Both the position numbers and the translations under genes were made by a program. From Adineta vaga (Eukaryota; Animalia; Rotifera), in NCBI GenBank assembly GCA_021613535.1, contig CP075493.1:10292001-10356000 (forward strand): a stretch of 64,000 nucleotides of DNA, given 5' to 3'. The notes beneath the pieces were generated by a model. It did not search any database, had not been told where the DNA came from, and saw only the letters and a program-made list of their open reading frames with translations. Below, in pieces: positions 27,297 to 37,259 of the stretch (position 1 is the first letter of the stretch; each line of letters begins with the position of its first letter).

Positions 27297-28488
27297 TTAT
27301 TTTCGTCCGACAAATGTTTCCATTGCATTTGATAAACCAAAAAATTGAATAAATCGATCAACACATTCATCTGGCAATAATCTAAAAAAATGATAAAGAG
27401 CAGAGCATACTTCAAATTGAAGATTTTTATTTCCTACCCTTTGAGAATATAAAATAAAATTGCATGTGGTGGTAACATAACAAAGCGTTTATTTCTTCGA
27501 ATAGCATCAACAATTGCATCACAGACATAATTTTCATCAAGTAAAGTAGCTGTAGCAGAACTGAAAATAAGAAATCATCGAAATCGTATTTTCTCTCACG
27601 TCAGAACAAATTCTTACGATGATGAAACACCATGGAACATGCCAGTATTGATAAATGTTGGACAAATAACTGTTGTAATGACACCATCTTTCTTTGTTTG
27701 TTTTAATTCAGCTGTTAAAGCATCATGTAATCCAACAGCAGCATATTTCGATGAACAATAATCAGTTAGTTTACTAATACCTAAAGAAATTTTGTTTAAG
27801 ATACACAGTGTAGGAAAGAATAAACATACCAAAAATACCAGCACCAGAAGCAATGGTAACGATATGACCACGGTTTTGAGCTAACATTGGACCAAGAAAG
27901 GCTTTTAAAACCCAAAAATGAGCAATAATATTAACATCAAATGTACGTTGAATAGAAACATCATCAATATCTAATAAGGTTTTTCCACTAACAACACCAG
28001 CATTATTAATAACAATGGTAACATCTCCAACTTCATCTCGAACCTACATATTGCAATCAACAATTTAAAAAGAAAAGAAATTTAATCTTTACTTTTTGAG
28101 CAACTCGATAAACATCATTTCTATCACATAAATCAACTTTCATTGCATAAACTTTTGCACGTGAATTTTCACTCAGTATTTGTCGTTTTGTTTCTTCATT
28201 GCCTTTTTCATTCACATCCCATAGTACGACAGTAGCGCCATAAGATGCCAATCGTTTTGTTACACCTCGACCAAGTCCAGAACCTTGTAAATAAACAAAA
28301 CTTATCAATAACACTCTCTGCACAACTTTTTCTAACAAACCTGCTCCTGTAATAAGAATAATATCATTTTCCACATTTTTAACAATTTTTTGTACTAATA
28401 AAATACGTCCTAATGATTTAATCCAATAATAAATAAGCATTAAAAATGCCTGTGCATATTCTAAAACAACGGTTACACCAGACGCCAT
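27297..28488 (-). CDS. Short-chain dehydrogenase/reductase, SDR16C family (RDH10/HSD17B11-like)
   Basis: N-terminal membrane anchor; ILITGAGSGLG; VINNAG; catalytic DYCSSKYAA; ICPTFINTGMF. Last exon ends SNAMETFVGRK* (stop 27299-27297). Confidence 0.92.
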
Positions 28489-28769
28489 GATTGTATAAAA
28501 GATAATAAATGAAAAGATAATAACATTCTTTGTTGACTTCTATATATATATGTACTTCGCATGACGATCGTTTCGTACTATTCTGTCGGCCAATGTGCAC
28601 GACCCTCAAAATTTTTCGTTCTCTATTATAACGACAGAAAAGAAAATGCAATTTGATTTTGTTCTGTCAAATAAAGTTAATCATATTTTCATTTACACTC
28701 CTTCCAAATTTGAAGTGGTCTGGCAACGTACATAAATTGAGAATTCAACTGTTTGCCTGCTTGTAAATT

Positions 28770-29135
28770 ATGCGATATAAATGTGTTGGCTTTCCAATCT
28801 GTATAAGATCATTTGAAAATGGTCATGTTTTACGTGCTCATCAACTGTCTTGTGAACATGCATCAATGAAATTAAATGCAAATATTCAACGAGAACAACA
28901 TGCACAATCAATTAAATATGGTTACCCAATGAATGGAAGAAAAGGAGAGAAACGATACATAACTTATGCTGGTCTAGATAATACACAAAAGTTTCTTATT
29001 CGCGATCGATATCAACTTGGAGGAAATGGCACGAATCAAGGATCTTATCAGCGAATTCGTCAACCATCACATTTGGAAAATATTACCATTCAGACGAAAT
29101 CAACCGCGATGGATTTTAGTGGATATTATACATAA
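28770..29135 (+). CDS. Small intronless protein with an N-terminal C2HC zinc-finger-like motif (orphan)
   Basis: 121-aa ATG-initiated ORF. YKCVGFPICIRSFENGHVLRAHQLSC fits Y-x-C-x5-C-x3-F-x5-L-x2-H-x3-C. Confidence 0.55.
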   Translation: MRYKCVGFPICIRSFENGHVLRAHQLSCEHASMKLNANIQREQHAQSIKYGYPMNGRKGEKRYITYAGLDNTQKFLIRDRYQLGGNGTNQGSYQRIRQPSHLENITIQTKSTAMDFSGYYT

Positions 29136-30246
29136 AAAAAGTTGTTTTTGTTTGCTTCTACAAAGTTTGATTTATGTAAAGAGAATGTAAAAAAAGCGAA
29201 TAATGTGTTGTTTTTTTAAGCTAGGAGAGAACGAACGAGAGTGATCGATTCTTTTCAATGTAAAGGTGACTTATTATAGAAATTTCGATCGCACAACATG
29301 GCAATGATGACTCTCGGATCCGATTGGATTTAGATCATTTCCTCTAAGTATATGTTCATAATTGAAATACATTCTGTTAAATAAGCTGCCATCTGAGTTG
29401 GTATGGTTACTAGTGTATTTTTCACCCAGGACCAGATCATGAATTGTAACCTTGGTAGTCATACCGTAAAAAGCATTTTTCTTTGTGAATTACGAATATT
29501 TATCCGAAACACAAAGAGTAGTATCTACATGCCATTAACACTGAAATAGCTATCATCAAATCTGTTTTAACTTGACTTTCTTATGTTTCTATATTGTGAA
29601 TACCTTATCATTTATTATCCGAGTGATCAGTGTGTATTAGACAATGTCTGCATCTCGTTATACTTGTCTAAGAATTCCCTGTAACATATGCCATTTCAAT
29701 GTCATCGCTGCCACTATTGTATGTATTAAATTTATCCATTTTTAGACTCCATATTTTTTACGTCATACTTCTGCCAATCGTAAAACAGAACCAAAAGCAG
29801 CGCATCAATTTCGATGAAAACCACCATTAGATTATACATACATCATATTTCATTATTCTACTGCAGATACTTAGCCTTCATCGCCTGTTGACGATTATCA
29901 ATAATTATTTGCTAGGCTTCATATTCTTAAAACTTTTATCATCCAAAACTCAAACTAGCATTTAATTTGCCTTCTTATTTGACATATGTTCTTCAATCTA
30001 CTTTTAAACTTTAATTTCGTATCACGCTGCAAAAGTAAACACTGAACTGTTATATATTATCCAACATCTGAAACATGATCAGCCAATTCCAAAAGGCTGA
30101 AAGGAATCGCAGGTGCAACTTCAAATTCTTTCAACAATAAGAAAAGATTTCCATGCTAATTTGACGATAAAACTTTTATTTCAATTGAAATATTCTTCAG
30201 TTTTCCTTTGTTATCAAGTCCTCTTAACATTCCCACAATATTTCAG

Positions 30247-31717
30247 CTATGATGCAATTTTTAGTTTGCTGTTTCTTTGTTGTGCGACCCGCAAATATTG
30301 TGCACCCTTCTCTCCGATTTGATTGTTGTAGAGGTCGAGTGTGGTGAGTGTCTGAATGAAACGAGCAATACTAGCATGAAAGAGGGAGAGATGGAAACAT
30401 CAGTGGACTCACCGTGTTCTGTCGTAATGCATCACTCAGATGTTGTGCACCGATCTCTCCGACTTGATTGCTTGTGAGGTCGAGTGTGGTGAGTGTCTGA
30501 ATGAAATGAACAATAGTGGCATGGAACAGGGAGAGATGGAAACATCATTGGACTCACCGTGTTGTGTCGTAATGCATCACTCAGATGTTGTGCGCCCTTG
30601 TCTCCGATTTGATTCCGAGAGAGGTTGAGTGTGGTGAGTGTCTGAATGAAATGAGCAATAGTAGCATGAAAGAGGGAGAGATGGAAACAACATTGGACTC
30701 ACCGTGTTGTGTCGTAATGCATCACTCAGATGTTGTGCACCTGCATCTCCGATTTGATTGCCTCCGAGGTTGAGTGTGGTGAGTGTCTGAATGAGATGAG
30801 CAATAGTAGCATGAACAAGGGAGAGATAAAAACACCAGTGGACTGACCATGTTGTGTCGTAATGCATCGCTAATATATTGTGCACCCTTCTCTCCGATTT
30901 GATTGCTTGTGAGGTAGAGTGTGGTGAGTGTCTGAATGAAATGAGTAATAGTAGCATGAAAGAGGGAGAGATGGAAACATCAGTGGACTCACCGTGTTCT
31001 GTCGTAATGCATCGCTAATATATTGTGCACCCTTCTCTCCGATTTGATTGTTAAAGAGGTTGAGTTTGGTGAGTGTCTGAATGAAATGAACAATAGTGGC
31101 ATGGAAGAGGGAGAGATGGTAACATCATTGGACTCACCGTGTTCTGTAGTAATGCATCACTCAGATGTTGTGCGCCCTTGTCTCCGATTTGATTCCGAGA
31201 GAGGTCGAGTGTGGTGAGTGTCTGAATGAAATGAGTAATAGTAGCATGAACAAGGGAGAGATAAAAACACCAGTGGACTGACCATGTTGTGTCGTAATGC
31301 ATCGCTAATATATTGTGCACCCTTCTCTCCGATTTGATTGCTTGTGAGGTAGAGTGTGGTGAGTGTCTGAATGAAATGAGTAATAGTAGCATGAAAGAGG
31401 GAGAGATGGAAACATCAGTGGACTCACCGTGTTCTGTCGTAATGCATCGCTAATATATTGTGCACCCTTCTCTCCGATTTGATTGTTAAAGAGGTTGAGT
31501 TTGGTGAGTGTCTGAATGAAATGAACAATACTAGCATGAAAGAGGGAGAGATGGAAACATCATGGGACTCACCGTGTTCTGTAGTAATGCATCACTCAGA
31601 TGTTGTGCGCCCTTGTCTCCGATTTGATTGCTTGTGAGGTAGAGTGTGGTGAGTGTCTGAATGAAATGAGTAATAGTAGCATGAAAGAGGGAGAGATGGA
31701 AACACCAGTGAACTCAC
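30247..31717 (-). repeat. Tandem array of ten 145-bp units, each an 84-nt LRR exon plus a 61-nt intron
   Basis: Exon 5' ends at 31656, 31511, 31366, 31221, 31076, 30931, 30786, 30641, 30496 and 30351 (exact 145-bp spacing). TTCAG acceptors; GTGAGT/GTCAGT donors. Consensus TLTTLxLxxNQIGdkGAQhLSDALrxNT. Terminal exon ends RNSKLKIAS*. Confidence 0.95.
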
Positions 31718-34700
31718 CGTATTCTATCATAGAACTATATTAGGATGTGTTAGTCGCTCTGTTAAGAAAGTAGTTAAAATTAATAGGACTATTCGACTGA
31801 TTATAAAATTGCTACGATCCTTAGTCATAATTACTCATTTCGGTTCGCTGAACAATCAGTGTTGTCCATCTGGGTCAGTGTATGAAGGAAACGTCTAAGT
31901 GATCTAGAACTTGGTTTATGGATGAGAAAAGGTTTGCTCTGATGGAATTCGACGATGTATGAACTGAAACTAAATATTTCTTGATACGAGAGAGAATACA
32001 TGTGTCGTTTCTAAAATAGTTGCAATATGCATCATCCTATCATTATCAAGAGATAGGAATTGGCATATTAATATTCAGGGGTAAAGATAAGCTTCATTAG
32101 TACGTGACATACGGGACCGTTGACGGTCTACCACTCACTCAGTTGTTGACTTGATGAGGGAGAATAATCCTTCTTAGGAATCTCAAAGGTCAACATTACA
32201 TACAACCAGTTAGTGTAGCATATTTCCATTCAAAAATACCATAGTAACTAACCGATCAGGATGCTTCTTGCCTAACTTTAACTACTAGACTCAACACACT
32301 AGTTTCAGAATTTCAGATGAGACACATGAATAAGAACAGTTCAACTATTGTGAAAAACCTACAGTTACCTGAAACAATATAGGATCTTTCTAATACCAAC
32401 AATATGAACCTAGGGAAACACACAATAATACTCTCTCAAATGTTTTACTCGACCACTTTATACACATAGATTTCTATGAGATTTGGAAATAATAATTTCG
32501 ATTAGAGTTGGGTAAAATTATGATTTCACATTAGAATCATTAAATCTAAATTTCTCGATATTTATTTTATTTAAAGAGCCGAGGGAGAAATCGTGCACTG
32601 TAGATTAGGTCATTTCTTCCACGAAACGATCGACCTTGATCATAAATATCCTCTTCCAAAGAATCATCCACTAAACACTTCGATATCACAAGATAGATAG
32701 CACCCTTTATGACAAAAAATGACGCATATTTTGCATCTACAAATAAATGGACATATCATAGTTAGTCGATTTAGTTGAAATTCGTCTGCTCATACTTTCA
32801 AATCACAAATATTGACAGAGTATGAATTTATATCATCGAATACATCGTCACATAATCGAATCGGACAAAAAGAAAGTGTCTTGAAAACTTGCGCTATACA
32901 AATACATTTCGTACATATAATGACATGTACAACTAGCAATAAGAAAATATGTATTAGACCGTTGCAAGGAAATGGATTGTACAAATATCATAGAAATATA
33001 TTGTGTAAACGACTACAGAAAGACAGGGACATGACTTCTCTCACGATTCCGTATCAAAAGAGCACAAATAATGATTAGTAACTGCAATATAATTATGAGT
33101 AATCTTTTTCCTTATTCGAACCAATGATCGTCGTTGCACTGTTTGGTCAAGTTTGAATTATCACTCATATTAGAAATTGAAATGATGACACATATCATAG
33201 TGTCAGGGTTAAGAGATTCAAAAGGCAAACGTCACATGTCTGTATTTGGTTCCTGAACAAATCTTTCTCTTTCAACAAACATCTGCCGCTTGTTTATTCA
33301 TTATTTAACATTTATCAGAACTTCACACAACTTTCATTTGTTCTACCGCCGAATCTCAAAGACCAAAAGAGTTCCTTTGAAAATAAAAAGTTACTGCTAG
33401 CCGTTCTGACAATTCTGTATGCTATTCAGATTCCAAACATATTGTTGTGATAACAACAAATGTCTCATTCAAACGCTGTTTCGTTCTTCAACACAAAACA
33501 TCTTTTAAACAGAATTCTCAACTTTTGCATATCTTCTCAGAATATTATTATAGAAAGTCAAATATATGCATAGATAGAACATGTAAAACAATACTTTTGA
33601 TAGCGCACGATATTAAAATGTCTTATATGCATGATATAGCGTTGCCCAAAAATATAAAATAAACAAAAGTTAACCTTGATCATACCGAATGTGTATGATA
33701 TATGTTATAGCAGTTCATTAACTACTCAGATATGTGCATCGATTCTATGTCAATGCATAAAAACTACTCAACATGTTAATCAACGTATTTGTGATAGAAT
33801 TCCAAATGCAAACAGAGATCTACTTCACTATGGATTACTCAATGATGAAAACTAGTCTTGTCAAATATTTCAATTGAATTCCTAACATATTATACACCTA
33901 ATAAAAATATTCATCACATATAGAGTACACAACTCTACAAAACTCCAAAATCTGTCTACTTCATAATTCTATAGTGGATGACGTTTGTTCACAAGATCTC
34001 TTCAACCAGCAAACATCTTCTAGAACATGATCATCAAACCTAACAGCATTTTCATTAAGTCAAAGAAGTATATTTGAAATACAAATTAGATTCTAAGTAT
34101 CTTCATTTCGAATCAAAAATCCAATTCTTATAGCCTACTTTTTGAAAACACAACTGCCTCATCTTAACGATATCAACTTATACACCAATATTTTCACAAT
34201 ATACACTTTCATTTGCAATACTACAAAGAATTGAGATGATGACTTCAAAAAATGCAATTCTGACACAATTTCTACTATGAAACATAATCGATCTACTGAT
34301 GAGATGAAAAAAACTCTATCGAATGAACTATATCTGCATTTGCATTCCACTATAAATGGCATCTACTTCTGTGAATTCTGGTTTTTCTTAAATAGTTTCA
34401 CGAAAACGAATGTTACTCACTTTGTTTTCTTGTATACAATAATAAGCCACTATTTCCATATCTTCCGCAGTCATTTTTTTGTAGCATAAGTTTAATTCAG
34501 ATTGGTCTTTCTGATCAGCAATAAGTTTTTCTAGTGAAGCATTTCGATATAAAGGTTTGGGTAGTTTCTTGATTATCGGTTGTGTTGTGATGGAAGTTGT
34601 GATTTTAGTTTTAGTAGCCGATGGTTTTATACTTGAAGTTGAATCTACAAAAAGATGAACCCTTTCACATAGACATTATTAGTGATATTAGGTGTTTTGT

Positions 34701-35940
34701 CGTTTCCAATACAGATATTCATTTGTTCTAACTTGACACATCAACATATAGAAACAGATGAAATACTATCACAAATCAACAATCTCTTTCATTAGATTCG
34801 TAAGAACTTCTTCACATCGCTCATTACATCATTAGTGTACTGGATAACATCAATGGACATGAGAAGTACACAACAGTGCACTTCTACTGCTATATTTGTA
34901 CTTTCAAAGAAGAATAACTTCATCACAATAAAGGTTTGGGTCGAATATGTAAAACGTTTCTATTACTTATGGAAACACAATATTCTCATTATATCTCACC
35001 AATCTAACTCATTGGAAAGACTTTATGTTTCAACTTTTTGAGTCGGTTTGATTGTATTTTTACTAGTGAAACTCATGAGAATGATGTACACTTTATTATC
35101 CATGTTTATTATATGCTACAATTCCAGTTTGCTCTGATCTATTGACTCAAAATCTTATTTTTATTTACCTGCTATCGCAAGATTCTTTGGTTGAACAGTT
35201 ATAACTGATATTGGTTGTAATAATGGAAATGGTGGTCGCGTTTCTCTTAGTTCAATGATATGAAGACTGCCTTGGTCGAGGATACCACTAACTCGAAATT
35301 GAGTGGCAGCAAGAAGTAATACTTCATCTTCAGCTGCAAAATAAGAATGTTTATGAATATCTCTTGCTGATTCGCATTCTACATTGAAGATTGTTCGAAC
35401 ACCTGTTTTTCCTAAGAATTGTTCGGATTGAAGGACACTAAGAGAAACAGTACAGGATGAAAAACCCCACCAAACTACGGTTTCTCCTTCGATATATCTT
35501 TTCTTCATGTCTAATTTGACACCTCGGTAAGCCTTTTTGTGAAGCGGTGGTAGTCGAAACAATGCATTGAGAAAAAGTCTCAAGTAAAGATACCAAGGTT
35601 TGAGTTTTTGTTGTCGATCAGAAGATCGTAATGTTTCATTGAGAACAGTATAGAGACATTCATCCAATGGTTCCCATCCCATCGTATAGAGCATGATGGA
35701 AGCAGATTCATCTTGTGTTAAATCATCAGCAGGTTTCTTACATCGTTGTTTAGCCACATATGCATGACTTTGAACTTCTGGTAGAATAGGAACAAGTGGT
35801 TCTACTGCTTCTTCGAGTGAAACCAATGGTACCTTAGCATAACCACTAATAGGTGCAAGAAATTCGAGAGGCTCATCCGCAATATCAGTCATACGTAGAA
35901 CACGTTGAGCAAGAGCTTCTCCTCCACCACCTACAGCCAT
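30247..35940 (-). CDS. ADP-ribosyltransferase (R-S-E type) fused to an RI/NLRC3-type LRR array; reconstructed 12-exon gene with a +1 frameshift in an A7 run
   Basis: ART exon 35940-35169 (phase-1 donor) splices to linker/cap exon 34644-34421, which splices to ten LRR exons between 31656 and 30247. Removing one A from the run at 34474-34480 gives ...LQKMTAEDMEIVAYYCIQENK|TLTTLYL..., all in frame. Confidence 0.7.
34421..34644 (-). CDS. Thr/Lys-rich linker plus LRR N-cap exon of the ART-LRR gene
   Basis: TTTTGTAG acceptor at 34645 and GTGAGT donor at 34420. Reads DSTSSIKPSATKTKITT...LYRNASLEKLIADQKDQSELKLMLQK then, after the A-run, MTAEDMEIVAYYCIQENK. Confidence 0.72.
35161..35940 (-). CDS. ART domain exon (arginine-specific mono-ADP-ribosyltransferase type)
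   Basis: Catalytic motifs AYRGV (R), WWGFSSCT (S-x-S-like strand) and YFAAEDEVLL (E-x-E). The ORF ends over a GTAAAT splice donor at 35168. Confidence 0.9.
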   Translation of the reverse strand: MAVGGGGEALAQRVLRMTDIADEPLEFLAPISGYAKVPLVSLEEAVEPLVPILPEVQSHAYVAKQRCKKPADDLTQDESASIMLYTMGWEPLDECLYTVLNETLRSSDRQQKLKPWYLYLRLFLNALFRLPPLHKKAYRGVKLDMKKRYIEGETVVWWGFSSCTVSLSVLQSEQFLGKTGVRTIFNVECESARDIHKHSYFAAEDEVLLLAATQFRVSGILDQGSLHIIELRETRPPFPLLQPISVITVQPKNLAIAGK

Positions 35941-37259
35941 ATCGTGTTGCAAACAATTTGGTACTAAATTTATTAATAGGGTGGAAAAATAAGCATTCTA
36001 GTTTTCTTATTTTAGAACTCACACTAACGATCAGTCGAGATTGATATAGTTTCAAATGTAAAAGAACGTTTGTTGTATAAAATCACTGAGATTGTTTCGT
36101 TTTGATATCAGAATAGACTATTTCATTTCTTCCGCGCACGTGTTCTTATCTAGTTGGTATTTACCTATGTTTTTCTTTCAAAACGAAGGTAACTTTCTTC
36201 TGAAAAAGATCGTGATTCATTACATATAAACGATATTTCGAACACACAATCAACATATATTGCTAATAGTAGAGATGATTTTAGAACAAATCGTCATATG
36301 TATATCGGATACAATTGCAACAAAGACCTTTTGCATCCATCCTAAATAATAAGTTTTCTTCAATAAGACTTCTTTGCAGTGAACTCTTTGAATGATATTT
36401 TCAATAATTCGTCTCTGTTCAGAGAATTATAATGATGATTTTTGTTAGAACAAGGTCAACTATGAATATATTGTCACTTCTTTTGATACTTTATCAACAT
36501 TAACAATTCTCTTCTCGTTTTGTCTTTTATTATTCTTGTAGTATATACAACTATTGATGCAGTACAAGTAAGTACAAGCAAAGGCATGAATAAATTGACA
36601 ACGACAGTATATGTAGTCCACTTCATAATTGTTAGAATAAATTAATATGATGGGTCTCTATCTCTCTCTCTTGCGCGCGCACGCTTCTTTTTCTATTGCA
36701 AAAGAATCGCCGCATTTTATTACGCTACTTCCGTTTCGTTATGAATCGATCATATAGATATATATATATGAAGAAGGAACTAATTTGTGTGACATTTTTT
36801 CCTCTCCCATGCCTTTCCAATTCGATTTTTCAAAGATCTGTCATCGCCATGATCAAACAAACGAGAGAAGAGAACAAAATCCGGAAACGAGCCTTTCTTC
36901 TTCTTCTTTAAAGGTATTAAGAAGAAAATCTACTTATGTCATTATTCAACGACTTTAATACTTTACCACAGAAGAAATTTTCACTCAACTAACTACATCC
37001 TATTACTTGAAAAGTATTTCTGATCTAAATCGTGGACAAAATGTGTCTACACACAAGGATGGAACAAATGAGTTCATTCGTTCATATCGAATAAATCGAA
37101 CGAGCAAGAGAACAGAAAAGAAAAGAAAAGAAGAGAGAGAGAGAGGGAAAGAAAGAAAAAAAGAGACAAACACATTCTCTCCACAATCATCACGCACACA
37201 TTGAAAAAAAAATCGCGACCGATACACTGGCTAATTTGAACGTTTGATCATTATCCTAC

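Noticed and set aside
29274-29462. 62-aa ORF MTTKVTIHDLVLGE... downstream of the LRR array
   Set aside because: No recognisable motif or convincing exon chain; could be a gene fragment but cannot be supported.
30277-31392. Cys/His-rich plus-strand ORFs (VECGECLNE...) and hydrophobic minus-strand ORFs over the array
   Set aside because: These are antisense or intron-readthrough shadows of the spliced LRR exons.
30270-31717. Regular repeat with short variable segments, superficially like a CRISPR array or satellite
   Set aside because: The unit is 145 bp with canonical splice sites and translates to a 28-aa LRR. The variable part is only a few codons, the context is eukaryotic and there are no cas genes.
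32095-32135. Short hairpin GACCGT-TG-ACGGTC near CTAA, resembling a Helitron 3' end
   Set aside because: No matching 5' end, second copy or Rep/Hel coding remnant is visible; unsupported without a repeat search.
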